Assembly (NCBI GenBank): GCA_964352855.1
Contig: CAYGTR010000013.1
Location: forward strand, 3,782 to 67,781
Length of the DNA: 64,000 nt
Source: an uncultured Algimonas sp.
GTDB taxonomy: Bacteria; Pseudomonadota; Alphaproteobacteria; Caulobacterales; Maricaulaceae
Reading direction: 5' to 3'
Made by a program: the position numbers and the translations under genes. Positions 9,301 through 19,770 of the stretch are shown here, one piece after another; the stretch's first letter is position 1, and every line of letters starts with the position of its first letter. Under the pieces are notes generated by a model. It made no database searches. It was not told the origin of the DNA and was given only the letters and a program-made list of their open reading frames with translations.

Positions 9301-11247
9301 CTAGATAGGCAGAGGTTTGGACGGGCCGGATAAACCACCGGCTTTTTTAGCGCCTTCACCTCGACTTATGTCAGTATCCTTGGCCGGGCAAAAACTGAGA
9401 ACAGTGGCCCCTTCCGCACGGGCCTCTTTGCCGGGCTGAATAAAATCGAGAGTACCGTCAGCCCTCAAAGCCAAAATTAAATCTAAATCATCTCCGCGAT
9501 CTTTATAGAGGTCGTCCAACGTATAGGCTTCCGACAAATTCGTTGCGCGGAAGCGCCATCCGCCCCACCAATCGCGGGTGAGCGCATCGAAACTTCGGCC
9601 GCGAGACGTCAATGTTCGTCCACGTGAGGTAAAAGCAATCGTATCGCTATCATCCTCATCCCCTTCTTGTGCAGGCACCTGAAAGACCCGGTGACGCCCT
9701 AACTCCGGAGCGAATTCAACACAGACGAGCGAGTTGTAAGCATCATTGGGTGTTGCAGCGATAAGGTGATTAAAGGAAGAATGGTCTAAAGAATAATCGG
9801 CATTTTCAGACAAAACTTCACCATAAAAAGTGGCATGGCCCTCCAATCGGGCACCGCGTAAACGCCGCCAATTTGTGTCAGCAACAGTCACTTTTACCCC
9901 CATATCTTTTATCGCCTTGGCAAGACCTAGCGACCAAGGATTTGCACCCACAATCATGACGCCATTTCCGGAGCCGGCCGCAAGACCAAGGGCTTTTGAA
10001 ATAGGGCCAATTAAGAAACCTGCAAACAAGACCGTTGCGAACACAAGCGCAAAGGCCAATGGGACAAAAAGCGTCCCGTCTGAGCGACCAATCGCATTTA
10101 ATTCCGCTGCAAAAAGACCCGCAACCGCCACAGCTACAACACCTCGCGGAGCAATAAAACTAATCAGCAAACTTTCTTTCCAAGTCAGCCCGGAGAACAG
10201 CGTCGACAACATAACCGCAATCGGGCGAACAAAAAGCATCATCGCAAGAACAAAAACTAAAACCCGCCAGTTTGTGACAAATTCTCTCAAAATCGCCGGC
10301 GTGAGTGTGGCAGTCAAAATAACAAAAACACCCGAAACTAAGATAATCGCGATGTTTTCTTTGAACCGACGCATTTCGACCATGGACGCGAATTTCGTAT
10401 TCGCCATTGTCATACCCAGAGCCGTCACAGCCAAGAGGCCCGTTTCATCTGCCAATCTATTCGCAATCACGTAAATCAGTAAAACCCACGCTAGGACAAC
10501 GGGGGCTTTTAGGTATTCAGGTATGTGACCCCGACGGAACGCCCAAGCCATACCGATACCTGAAACAATCCCCACCAGAATGCCGAAAATCGCCGCAAAC
10601 GCGAGTTTGCCGAAAACAAAATACATGGAGGCTTCGCTTTGAGAAAAGCGGATGAACTCATATCCCCCCACAGCAAAGAGCGCGCCGAGCGGGTCGTTCA
10701 CAATCCCTTCCCATTTCAACACATTGGCCGGGCGGGATTTCAAATGCGCTTGTCGTAACAAAGGCATAATAACCGTTGGGCCGGTGACGACAAAGAGCCC
10801 CCCCACCATGACGGAAATATCCCAAGCCAGTCCAACAATATAGTGACATGCGGCGGCACCCAGAGCCCAAGCAATTGGGGCGGCGACAAACACCATACGG
10901 AAAACGGCACGGCGGGAGTCACCCAAATCTTTAAACCGCAGTGTCATTCCCCCTTCAAACAGGATAATGGCCACCGCAAGACCGATCATGGGCCTGTAAA
11001 GGTCACCAAAATCACTGACGGGATTCAGGCGGACTTGTTGAAAAGCATTTTTGATAGGCTCGGGTAAATCGAAACCAAGGAGATAGCCCAACAGCGGGCC
11101 AAAAATCAGACCTGCAATCGCCATAAGGACAATGGCAGGACGTTGTAGGCGCCATGCGAGCCATTGTGCGCCAATACCAAGACCGCCGATAACCGCTATT
11201 TTCAGAGGTAATGCATTTACCGCATGATGGGCAAGATCAATCGCCAT
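9301..11247 (-). CDS. cation:proton antiporter (Na+/H+ exchanger family) with a C-terminal soluble regulatory domain
   Basis: 648 aa. About 12 hydrophobic segments, followed by a soluble domain beginning VMIVGANPWSLGLAKAIKDMGVKVTVAD (Rossmann/TrkA-N-like). Confidence 0.75.
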   Translation of the reverse strand: MAIDLAHHAVNALPLKIAVIGGLGIGAQWLAWRLQRPAIVLMAIAGLIFGPLLGYLLGFDLPEPIKNAFQQVRLNPVSDFGDLYRPMIGLAVAIILFEGGMTLRFKDLGDSRRAVFRMVFVAAPIAWALGAAACHYIVGLAWDISVMVGGLFVVTGPTVIMPLLRQAHLKSRPANVLKWEGIVNDPLGALFAVGGYEFIRFSQSEASMYFVFGKLAFAAIFGILVGIVSGIGMAWAFRRGHIPEYLKAPVVLAWVLLIYVIANRLADETGLLAVTALGMTMANTKFASMVEMRRFKENIAIILVSGVFVILTATLTPAILREFVTNWRVLVFVLAMMLFVRPIAVMLSTLFSGLTWKESLLISFIAPRGVVAVAVAGLFAAELNAIGRSDGTLFVPLAFALVFATVLFAGFLIGPISKALGLAAGSGNGVMIVGANPWSLGLAKAIKDMGVKVTVADTNWRRLRGARLEGHATFYGEVLSENADYSLDHSSFNHLIAATPNDAYNSLVCVEFAPELGRHRVFQVPAQEGDEDDSDTIAFTSRGRTLTSRGRSFDALTRDWWGGWRFRATNLSEAYTLDDLYKDRGDDLDLILALRADGTLDFIQPGKEARAEGATVLSFCPAKDTDISRGEGAKKAGGLSGPSKPLPI

Positions 11248-11336
11248 GCTTATCCTTTAAATCGCCTATGCTGAAGGCTCATAGGGCACAGCTCGGTAAA
11301 ACAAATCATGCGACCTCCCGAATCCCTTGGATGACT

Positions 11337-11870
11337 TTACGCGTCGACTCTTTGAATATCAAACCCGATATCATTATTTCCGTAACTGCCATTATCATAG
11401 GAATCGACATGGTCTTGAAAGTAATTCATCACATGCTCATAGATGCCTTCTAGAAGTGCGCCAAGTTCAATATCATCTATGGGAAGTGACAATCGATATT
11501 CGCGCCCTTTATCAATACCAATAAAGACGTTCTCGCCTTCTTTTCGACATGTTAAAATGAGGCGCATATAATCCCCTTGTCTGGAGATCGCGACGGCGAG
11601 ACCAAAACTAATCGGCTCCAGCGGTAAAAAACCTTTGCCTGACACTGAAAAAGCAGCAGACCCTGAATTTTGCGCCGCAAAAGGACCGGAAGGCGGAACA
11701 AGATAGACACATTGGCGGCCTTCATCCAAAAAACGACAAAATGAATTTCGAATCGTCTCGGCTACATTTCGAACTTGCGAATAATTTTGAAAACTCCGAT
11801 CACCATAAGTCTCAGCTGCTTTGGAAAGCAGATCCAATCGGGAGGGAGAGTCGCTTTTCTTCTCAGCCAT
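11337..11870 (-). CDS. hypothetical protein, no domain recognised
   Basis: 177-aa ORF in an otherwise empty gap with coding-like composition. No signal peptide, TM segment or motif I recognise. Confidence 0.5.
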   Translation of the reverse strand: MAEKKSDSPSRLDLLSKAAETYGDRSFQNYSQVRNVAETIRNSFCRFLDEGRQCVYLVPPSGPFAAQNSGSAAFSVSGKGFLPLEPISFGLAVAISRQGDYMRLILTCRKEGENVFIGIDKGREYRLSLPIDDIELGALLEGIYEHVMNYFQDHVDSYDNGSYGNNDIGFDIQRVDA

Positions 11871-11934
11871 TTTATGTCCTTATCGCTATCAATTTTTCAA
11901 ACTTAGCCTAGACAAACTGAGATTGGCAGTAAAA

Positions 11935-12840
11935 TCATTTGGTTTTTAGAATGGCCTCTAAACCCACTTCATAATCCGAGTATTTTGGCACCCAGTTCAA
12001 TTCCGATTGTGCGCACGTAATATCTATGCGTTTCGTCTCACTGTAAAACGTACGTGCCATGTCAGAAACGCTCTCATGATCCAGTGAGACACGCATCGGC
12101 TTTGGAGCATTAATGAGACCTGCTGCGAAATCCAACACATCTTGTGGCGGGGCGGGATAACCATCTGCAAGGTTGTAAATAGCCTGAGGATTAGGCCTCG
12201 CAATTGAGGCGATAACCGCCGTTGTAATGTCATCAACATGAATGCGGTTGACCACATGCCCCTCTTTGATCACAGCGCGCGATGATCCTTCACGAAGTTT
12301 GTCAAAAGGATTTCGGCCTTTCCCATATGTATCGGGGCCATAAATGCCGGCAAGGCGGAAAATATGTACGGGCCAGCCTGTCTCAAGCCATTCCAATTCT
12401 GCCTCAGCGCGCGCAAAACCTCGTTTTAATTGTGGACTGGCAGGTTCGCCTTCAAATGCCCATTGACCTTGCCTGTCACCATATACGCTTGTTGCCGACA
12501 GATAGCCGATCCATTTCGCCTTGGGAGATAAGTCCGAAAAAAGACTAACCACGGGATCAAAAAAGCCTTTCCCATCGCGTCCTTTTGCAGGAGGTATCGC
12601 GCTGATAATGACATCGGCTTCCTCAAAAAGCGCTTCGATATGCGGATATTCAAGCGAGCTTGACACTATAGCCTGAATACCGAATTTTGCTAAGCTATCG
12701 ACGTTCTCGGCTTCGCGCGTCGTCCCCCAAATTTCATAACCAAGATCACGCAGGGAGCCAGCTATTGCGCGCGACGTATAACCCGCGCCAAGCAGTAAGG
12801 CGATAGCTCGTCCTGTCTGCAAATTAATGTCTTCCGCCAT
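11935..12840 (-). CDS. NAD(P)-dependent epimerase/dehydratase-type SDR family protein
   Basis: N-terminal Rossmann motif LLGAGYTSRAIA, 301 aa, extended-SDR-like layout. Confidence 0.65.
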   Translation of the reverse strand: MAEDINLQTGRAIALLLGAGYTSRAIAGSLRDLGYEIWGTTREAENVDSLAKFGIQAIVSSSLEYPHIEALFEEADVIISAIPPAKGRDGKGFFDPVVSLFSDLSPKAKWIGYLSATSVYGDRQGQWAFEGEPASPQLKRGFARAEAELEWLETGWPVHIFRLAGIYGPDTYGKGRNPFDKLREGSSRAVIKEGHVVNRIHVDDITTAVIASIARPNPQAIYNLADGYPAPPQDVLDFAAGLINAPKPMRVSLDHESVSDMARTFYSETKRIDITCAQSELNWVPKYSDYEVGLEAILKTK

Positions 12841-12875
12841 TGCTGAACAACCCCTCCCCTTGCTAAAGGCGATTT

Positions 12876-13583
12876 ATGTTAAAACGCCTTTTCATATCAA
12901 CATCATTTTGCATCGTCATGGCCTTGTTTGCTGCAAATGCCAAGGCAACAGATAAGGTCGTTTCAGATTCAAAAACAGGCGATCTGACGGAAGCTTTTGA
13001 TAAAAAACATGAAGCTTGTTTAGAGCGTATCGCGGTTGATTCCGACCTTGCCTATGAAGAGGCTATGATTTGGCGCTCGGAAGGTGGAGGGCGTCGCGCT
13101 AAACATTGCGAAGCCATGGCGCTCTTTGCACTCGGGCATGAAGACGAAGCTGCATATAGGCTAGATAAACTGGCCAAAGCTGCCGATGGCGGTTCCAAGC
13201 ATATGCGCGCCGATTTCTTTTCTGAAGCAGCGAATTTCTGGCTCGCGGCTGGTAACTCTGAAAAAGCCTATTCATCCGCCACGGAAGGCTTGAAGCTTAA
13301 GAAAGACCATACTGACTTACGGATTGCACGGGCACGGGTTTACGCCGTGACAAAACGCTATGATTACGCAGAGACAGACCTAACATCGGCGCTCGTCTTT
13401 GACCCACAACATGCAGGGGCCCTGCGCTACAGAGCTGATGCGCGGTTAAACCAAGACAAATTGAATGCCGCCTTAGACGATATTGAGGCGGCCATGGCAC
13501 TGGATCCAGAAAGTGTTGAAACCGCCCTCTTACGTGGACGTATCAAAGAAGCTATTCGGCGTCAAAAAGAAGACACCGAATAA
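12876..13583 (+). CDS. secreted tetratricopeptide-repeat protein
   Basis: Signal peptide ending ANAKA. Repeated A..Y..A...L-type TPR helices (for example ALVFDPQHAGALRYRADARLNQDKLNAALDDIEAAMALDPES). Confidence 0.6.
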   Translation: MLKRLFISTSFCIVMALFAANAKATDKVVSDSKTGDLTEAFDKKHEACLERIAVDSDLAYEEAMIWRSEGGGRRAKHCEAMALFALGHEDEAAYRLDKLAKAADGGSKHMRADFFSEAANFWLAAGNSEKAYSSATEGLKLKKDHTDLRIARARVYAVTKRYDYAETDLTSALVFDPQHAGALRYRADARLNQDKLNAALDDIEAAMALDPESVETALLRGRIKEAIRRQKEDTE

Positions 13584-13591
13584 TAAAGCCT

Positions 13592-16078
13592 TTAGTTTTT
13601 AGGCGTCAAAGTTTCTAAGAAAAACTCTAATATTTGACGATCCCGATGCGTTTTGTTGGCCGTATCCCGGAAGCCGTGTTTCTCACCCGGATAGGTCATT
13701 ACGCGCATATTATGGCGACCAGATTTTTGCATGGCATCCATCAGCATAATGGAATGGCGAAACACAACATTATCATCCGCCATACCATGAATAAGCAAAA
13801 CCGGCTCTGTCAAACCCTCAATATGTGCAAAGACACTGCCGTTTTCATAAGCGCCTTCGGTATAGTTCTCCGTTCCGGGGTTCGGGTCTCCTAGGTAACG
13901 CTCCGTATAGGCCGTATCATAAAGCTTCCAATCGGTAACAGGAGCACCGGAGACACCGCTGACATAATCATCTGTCTGACCCAACATGTGTAAAACCATA
14001 TAACCCCCATATGACCACCCATAAACACCCATGCGCTCAGGGTCGATAAAGCTTTGGGAACGTAGAAACTCTGCACCCCGTTCTTGATCGACAACCTCAG
14101 TGTGACCCATCGCGCGATAAAGATGATCCTCAAATGCTTTGCCGTGATTCGTCGCACCGCGGTTATCCAATTGAAATACGACAAAACCATGATGGGCGAG
14201 CATTTGGGCAAGTGGTGTGCTCCGGCCCCACTCCCGCTTCACGCGTTGAACACCTGGCCCTCCATAAACAATCGTTATACTTGCGCGCTTTTGCCCCGGC
14301 TTTAGATCCTTCGGTTTATAAAGCATATAATTAAGCGGCGTTCCGTCTTCGGCTTGAATTTGACCAAATTCGGGTGTGATATGGTTCGCCAGATAAGGCG
14401 CATAAGGGTGCGTGCTATTTAAAGGGTTTTCATTCAACCATGCGAGAGGCGTCCCGTCTGCGGCGTAAGCTCGTGTTTGAGACGGTGTGTTTGTATCATT
14501 ATAGGTGCCGATATAACGCGAACAATCTTTGTTGAAACTGGCCGAATTTTGTCCGGGGCGTGAACTGATTTGAGTGACAACGGGCGCAACCATTTCAGGC
14601 ATATCGATCGCCACATTCGCATTCTCAGCATCAGGGCTTTCATCTGTTTCAGAGACCGTATTCCCCTCTTCGCTGACAGCTTGTTCAACAGCCGGTGAGA
14701 TTTTAAAAATATGTGTCTCAAGAGGTGTTTCATTCCAGCCCTGCACGAACAGATCTCCTGTTTCCGTATTTTGACACAGCAGGCTTTGTACATTCATCTT
14801 TTCCGGAGTCAGCGACATGATAGTTCCGTCTGCACCAATATTAAAAATTTGGCGTTTATCATTCTGTTCAGCAGACCAAAGCAAGCTCCCGTCTTGTTGG
14901 GCTTTCGGAGATGGCCCAATATTCAGCCATGTCAGAGACGTCTCCGTATAAATGACTTCGCCTTTTCCTGTGCGCGCATTAAATCGTTTAAAGGTATGTG
15001 TTTTATGATCTCGCGATAAAATTCCGGCGACCAAGGACTGACCATCCGTATCCCAAACAACACGCGTGAGATAAATATCTTTATCTTCGCCTAAATCCAA
15101 CCAACGCGTAGAGCCGCCATTTGTGCTGACAACACCGAGTTTGATCGTGGCATTCGGCGTGCCCGTGAAAGGGTAACGCTGCGCAATATTCGTGACGCCG
15201 TCGACTCCAAAATCGAGACGATTCTCAATCGCGATGGGGGACTCGTTAATTTGCGTATAGGCCACGCGATCGGCATTTGGAGAGAGCCAATATCCCGTAT
15301 CCCGATCTAATTCTTCTTGAACTACAAAACTCGCCGTCGCATTGCGAATTGTGTCTGTTGCGCCGTCTGAGAGTTGACGCTCCAATCCAGTCTCTAAGTC
15401 TTTTATATAGAGCTCATTATCGCGGACATAGGCCACTTTCGATCCATCTGCACTGACTTTCGGGTCTGTTTCAAACCCTTTCGTCGCGGTCACCTGGCGG
15501 CTCTTTTGTGTCTCTAGATCGTATAGATAAATATCTCCGCCCAATGGGAAGAGTAAAAGATTATCCCCGACCCAAGAATAGCTGATAATACCTGATCCAT
15601 ATTCTCTAGCGCGTTCGCGACGATTTTTCTCTTCCTCTGAGAGCACTTCCGGGCCTTCAAGCAAATCCGTAGAGCTAACGAGCAAGCGTCCCTCACCCGT
15701 GGTAAGATCATAAGCCCAAAGGTCTTTTTGATTGGCATCATCTTCGCGACCCTGAAGCACAGTCACAAATTCGCCATTTGGGGCAATTTGAGCGCGCGAC
15801 AATGTCGTACCGGCAATATTAATGTTACCATTGATAATTTCAGGCGTGAGGAACCCTTGGCCGGGGTTTGTTTTGAGATAGCTGGGCTGACGCGCGGCCT
15901 GCTGCGCTTGATAGGCCGCTTCCTGCAGGCTGTCTGACGTCCGCGATGACGTCTCAGATAACGCCGTCTCTGCTTGAGACAAATCTGTTTCAGTTGAAGA
16001 CGGATCCGCACAGGCGGATAAAAGTGTCGCTAGCGCAATACTCGTTGCCGCGTAAGAAAACAGTTTCAATTTAAACAT
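13592..16078 (-). CDS. dipeptidyl-peptidase IV / prolyl oligopeptidase family S9 serine peptidase, lipoprotein
   Basis: Lipobox LLSAC. The long N-terminal domain looks like a beta-propeller. C-terminal catalytic domain has GWSYGGYM (GxSxGG nucleophile), a D in GMADDNV and a H in GEKHGF. The ORF extends to 16099; I prefer the ATG at 16078 (MFKLKLFS...), which gives a clean signal peptide. Confidence 0.85.
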   Translation of the reverse strand: MFKLKLFSYAATSIALATLLSACADPSSTETDLSQAETALSETSSRTSDSLQEAAYQAQQAARQPSYLKTNPGQGFLTPEIINGNINIAGTTLSRAQIAPNGEFVTVLQGREDDANQKDLWAYDLTTGEGRLLVSSTDLLEGPEVLSEEEKNRRERAREYGSGIISYSWVGDNLLLFPLGGDIYLYDLETQKSRQVTATKGFETDPKVSADGSKVAYVRDNELYIKDLETGLERQLSDGATDTIRNATASFVVQEELDRDTGYWLSPNADRVAYTQINESPIAIENRLDFGVDGVTNIAQRYPFTGTPNATIKLGVVSTNGGSTRWLDLGEDKDIYLTRVVWDTDGQSLVAGILSRDHKTHTFKRFNARTGKGEVIYTETSLTWLNIGPSPKAQQDGSLLWSAEQNDKRQIFNIGADGTIMSLTPEKMNVQSLLCQNTETGDLFVQGWNETPLETHIFKISPAVEQAVSEEGNTVSETDESPDAENANVAIDMPEMVAPVVTQISSRPGQNSASFNKDCSRYIGTYNDTNTPSQTRAYAADGTPLAWLNENPLNSTHPYAPYLANHITPEFGQIQAEDGTPLNYMLYKPKDLKPGQKRASITIVYGGPGVQRVKREWGRSTPLAQMLAHHGFVVFQLDNRGATNHGKAFEDHLYRAMGHTEVVDQERGAEFLRSQSFIDPERMGVYGWSYGGYMVLHMLGQTDDYVSGVSGAPVTDWKLYDTAYTERYLGDPNPGTENYTEGAYENGSVFAHIEGLTEPVLLIHGMADDNVVFRHSIMLMDAMQKSGRHNMRVMTYPGEKHGFRDTANKTHRDRQILEFFLETLTPKN

Positions 16079-16261
16079 GGCGAACCTTTTTATGATCATG
16101 CTCTCGGCATTTTGTCTGTTGGCACCGTTTAATATGATGCCCTACAGACATTCAAGTCTTTCCGCTTTTTTCCTACCTGCTTCACATATCTGCCCAAAGG
16201 CTGTCCATAATTAATCGCGAAAGATTATTGCAAGTTTGGCGGGTTGGGATAGGCTCATTTT

Positions 16262-17728
16262 ATGCTCGATTTGCGCCCAGTCTTTTTTGTTGTCGGCCTG
16301 ATGGTCGCGGCCTTGGGCCTCCTTATGTTTATCCCGATGTTTGTCGATATGGCATATGAAGGCCGGTCTTGGCGGGCATTTGCGATTTCAGGCATGCTCA
16401 CAAGCCTTCTGGGTGCTGCACTGGCCATGGCAAATTATATGCCCAAACCGGATTTGAGAGCACGTGGGGCTTTCCTTCTGACGGTGTCTTCTTGGTTTGC
16501 TCTGTCCGGCTTTGCGGCTTTACCCTTCTTAATGGAGCCTGTTGGTTTGTCTTTGACAGATGCTTTCTTTGAAGCCACATCCGGCATTACAACAACAGGG
16601 TCGACGATTTTGATAGGTCTGGACGATATGCCAAAAGGGATATTGTTATGGCGCGCACTGCTGCAATGGATAGGCGGCATTGGGATTATTGTCACAGCTA
16701 TGGCAGTATTGCCCATGCTAAAAGTGGGGGGCATGCAACTTTTTCGGCTTGAAAGCTCTGATATGGGTGAAAAAATACTGCCGCGTGCCGCGTCAATTGC
16801 AGCGGCTATTTCAATAATATATCTCACACTCACAATCGTCTGCGCCATACTTTATATGGTTGCAGGGATGAACGGGTTTGATGCCGTCGCCCATGCGATG
16901 ACGACATTAGCAACCGGCGGCTACTCAACATCTGATGCCTCAATGGGCGGCTTTATGGATAATGGCGCTGATTTAGTCGGCATTGCCTTTATGTTGGCAG
17001 GTGCAATGCCTTTCGGCGTTTATTTGCTTATGAGCCGAGGTAATTTAAAAGCCCCATTCAAAGACTCTCAAGTGCGCGCTTTTCTTGTGATCATGACAGC
17101 GCTTATCGCAATGATTACCTTGGGTTTATGGGCCGGAACAGAATATGGCGGAGCCGAAGGCGAAACTTTCTGGCGCGCTTTGCGGCTCTCGGCCTTTAAT
17201 ACGGTCTCAATTGTAACGGGCACGGGTTACGCCACTGCGGATTACAATGCATGGGGGCCTTTTGCAGTCGCCGCCTTTTTTGCCTTTATGTTTATTGGGG
17301 GATGTGCGGGGTCGACGGCCTGTTCGATAAAAATATTCCGATATCAAGTCGCTTTCGAAGCCTTACGTGGCTATCTCTTCAAAATGCCCCGCAACCATGC
17401 TGTTGCCCCTTTACGTTATGGGGGCGCGCCCTTACCTGAAGCGGTTGTGTATTCCGTTTTGAGTTATTTCTTTTTGTTCTTCTTAACCTTCGCCGCCACT
17501 GCCGTCATGCTGTCTATGTTAGGGCTTGATCCCATCACAGCATGGTCTGGAGCAGGAAGTGCCGTTGCAAATGTCGGTCCCGGTCTCGGCGATATTATCG
17601 GTCCCTCTGGGACATATGAGACACTGCCCAATAGTGCAAAATGGGTTCTAATGACCGCTATGATCGTTGGACGATTAGAAATTGTGACGGCCTTGGTAGT
17701 TCTGAGCCCCGCATTTTGGCGTTCTTAA
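16262..17728 (+). CDS. trkH: TrkH-family potassium uptake protein
   Basis: 488 aa, polytopic, with repeated TTTG/TGGYS/GTGYA selectivity-filter-like motifs (SGITTTGST, LATGGYST, IVTGTGYAT). Confidence 0.85.
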   Translation: MLDLRPVFFVVGLMVAALGLLMFIPMFVDMAYEGRSWRAFAISGMLTSLLGAALAMANYMPKPDLRARGAFLLTVSSWFALSGFAALPFLMEPVGLSLTDAFFEATSGITTTGSTILIGLDDMPKGILLWRALLQWIGGIGIIVTAMAVLPMLKVGGMQLFRLESSDMGEKILPRAASIAAAISIIYLTLTIVCAILYMVAGMNGFDAVAHAMTTLATGGYSTSDASMGGFMDNGADLVGIAFMLAGAMPFGVYLLMSRGNLKAPFKDSQVRAFLVIMTALIAMITLGLWAGTEYGGAEGETFWRALRLSAFNTVSIVTGTGYATADYNAWGPFAVAAFFAFMFIGGCAGSTACSIKIFRYQVAFEALRGYLFKMPRNHAVAPLRYGGAPLPEAVVYSVLSYFFLFFLTFAATAVMLSMLGLDPITAWSGAGSAVANVGPGLGDIIGPSGTYETLPNSAKWVLMTAMIVGRLEIVTALVVLSPAFWRS

Positions 17729-18723
17729 TTCATTAAATCGTCTAGTGAGAAAATGTAATCTGTGGCGCAAAACTCACAATTCGCTTTAATCGTTTCTCCG
17801 TCTTCGGCCATATCTAATACAGACTCTCGGTCGAAGCTCTTGAGCGTATTTTCTAATCTGTCTCGAGAGCACTGACATTTACCTGATATATCATGTGTTT
17901 CGACGATGCGAACACCTTCTTCATGAAATAAGCGATAGAGCAGTCGGTCTTGTGAAAGTTGCGGATCTATTAGCTCTGCATCTGTGAGTGTACTAAATAA
18001 TGACCGTGCCGTATCCCACGCATCTTGTGTGTCGCCACGAGCTTTATCGTTCGCAATACGTTGGATCATCATACCACCACCGCGCCAGTTCAAGGCTTCG
18101 CCTTGAGTTTGCACCTGTCCAATGGCTAGCCGAATTTGAGTCGGAATTTGTTCGGATTGTTCAAAATAATGTTGCGCACAATCCGATAGGCGCTCACCCT
18201 GAATTGCGGCCAGGCCTTGATACTGATCCATATCGGGGCCTTGATCAATAGTCATAGAAAATGTGCCTCCGCCCAATAATATATCCGCCCCCGGATTAGG
18301 CGTATCAATCATAATATTACGTAACATCTTTTCTTCCCAACGCGCATAACCCCTTATGGCTCCGTCCGTTGTACAATCGGCTATCAAAAGACTTATAGCA
18401 CCGTCATTCGTACCATGACACTGCACAACAAGACGGCCTTTGAATTTTAAGGCTTGTGTTATCAAAGCCCCCATAAGCATAGCTTCACCCAATAGCCGTG
18501 CAATGGGAGCAGGGTAACGTGCCTCACCGTTCTGTCCCGTCAGAGCTTGATTGAGTGCATCGCCGAGATGAACGGATCGCCCGCGTACAGGCTGGTCATT
18601 CAACTGAAAGACGATGACTTCATTATCGGAAAGTGCGTTCAGGTTTGCGGGAAGAGAGGTGTTATCGATCATGAAGCTTATTTGGGGGTTTTTGGCGGCA
18701 AAGCAAGATGTCTGACAAAACAC
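17725..18723 (-). CDS. hslO: Hsp33-family redox-regulated chaperone
   Basis: C-terminal zinc centre CQCSRDR...CEFCATDY (CxC...CxxC). The N-terminal VRGR motif is typical of Hsp33. The start is uncertain: GTG at 18723 or ATG at 18672. Confidence 0.85.
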   Translation of the reverse strand: MFCQTSCFAAKNPQISFMIDNTSLPANLNALSDNEVIVFQLNDQPVRGRSVHLGDALNQALTGQNGEARYPAPIARLLGEAMLMGALITQALKFKGRLVVQCHGTNDGAISLLIADCTTDGAIRGYARWEEKMLRNIMIDTPNPGADILLGGGTFSMTIDQGPDMDQYQGLAAIQGERLSDCAQHYFEQSEQIPTQIRLAIGQVQTQGEALNWRGGGMMIQRIANDKARGDTQDAWDTARSLFSTLTDAELIDPQLSQDRLLYRLFHEEGVRIVETHDISGKCQCSRDRLENTLKSFDRESVLDMAEDGETIKANCEFCATDYIFSLDDLMN

Positions 18724-18865
18724 TCACTATTTTCAGCCAAATGTCTTTGGCTCCCTATGGCTCCCCGCCTCCTTATTTGCGAAAGTTAGGCGTATCACTT
18801 AAATTGCATGAAATACGGGAGCAGCACTCTCATTAACTCACTTGCCTTGCCGCGTTCGAGCGACA

Positions 18866-18893
18866 AAGAAAAACCCCGCTGGCGAGGCGGGGT
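18866..18893 (-). terminator. rho-independent terminator downstream of ctrA
   Basis: Hairpin CCCCGC-tggcgag-GCGGGG (18874..18892). It is preceded on the + strand by an A-run, which is a U-run after the stem on the ctrA strand. A second 9-bp hairpin, TGAGCGCAA/TTGCGCTCA, lies at 18926..18948. Confidence 0.7.
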
Positions 18894-18959
18894 TGTATTC
18901 ATGAGAGTGGGAGGTCCTCTCCATATGAGCGCAAGTCCTTTGCGCTCACGTCTAAACGC

Positions 18960-19655
18960 TTAAGCGCTCATCTTATCCTTGGCAGGGTCACGCAGCACGT
19001 AGCCACGACCCCAGACAGTTTCAATATAGTGATCGCCTTGGGTGGCTGACGCGAGTTTCTTACGCAGCTTACAAATAAAGACGTCAATAATTTTGAGTTC
19101 GGGCTCGTCCATACCGCCGTAAAGGTGGTTGAGGAACATTTCTTTCGTCAGAGTTGTCCCTTTACGGAGCGAAAGAAGCTCGAGCATTTGGTATTCTTTG
19201 CCTGTCAGGTGAACACGGTGATCACCCACTTCAACTGTTTTGGCATCAAGGTTCACTTTGATATCGCCAGTCGTGATAACAGATTGGCTGTGGCCTTTCG
19301 AGCGGCGTACAACTGCGTGGATACGTGCAACAAGCTCATCCTTATGGAATGGCTTGGTCATATAGTCGTCAGCACCCGTACCTAAGCCGCGCACTTTTGT
19401 ATCAATGTCGTTTGTGCCTGATAGAATAAAGATGGGCGTATTCACTTTCGCCATCCGTAGAGTCTTCAAGACTTCAAAGCCAGGCATATCCGGCAAGTTT
19501 AAATCTAACAGAATGATATCGTAATCATACAATTTGCCCAGATCCACGCCTTCTTCACCCAGATCAGTGGTGTAAACGTTGAACCCTTCGGTTTTTAGCA
19601 TCAATTCGATGCCTTGTGCTGTCGCACTATCATCTTCAATCAGAAGAACGCGCAT
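18960..19655 (-). CDS. ctrA: cell-cycle master response regulator CtrA (OmpR-family)
   Basis: 231 aa. [14 protein letters not shown]..., ...[11 protein letters not shown]..., [12 protein letters not shown]..., [52 protein letters not shown] and [13 protein letters not shown] match Caulobacter CtrA almost residue for residue, as I recall it. Confidence 0.93.
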   Translation of the reverse strand: MRVLLIEDDSATAQGIELMLKTEGFNVYTTDLGEEGVDLGKLYDYDIILLDLNLPDMPGFEVLKTLRMAKVNTPIFILSGTNDIDTKVRGLGTGADDYMTKPFHKDELVARIHAVVRRSKGHSQSVITTGDIKVNLDAKTVEVGDHRVHLTGKEYQMLELLSLRKGTTLTKEMFLNHLYGGMDEPELKIIDVFICKLRKKLASATQGDHYIETVWGRGYVLRDPAKDKMSA

Positions 19656-19770
19656 ATTACCCTCCCAGGCGAATCATTATCCCGTAGCCGTCGGGATATG
19701 GTTAATGGAACTTTATCGGTAAGGGAATCCCGTAAACCAAATGTTAACAGCGTTAACCAATTTGTCAGAA
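19656..19770 (-). promoter_or_regulatory. ctrA upstream region with CtrA half-site motifs and GANTC methylation sites
   Basis: TTAACCAT on the ctrA strand (complement of 19698..19705). TTAACCAA at 19753..19760. GAATC at 19671..19675 and 19725..19729. GGGAGGG SD (complement of 19660..19666). Confidence 0.5.

Noticed and set aside
9830-10474. 214-aa ORF antisense to the cation:proton antiporter
   Set aside because: The sequence is low-complexity and Ala/Thr/Pro/Arg/Lys-rich, as expected from the reverse frame of a hydrophobic membrane protein. It overlaps a gene with clear family features and has no SD.
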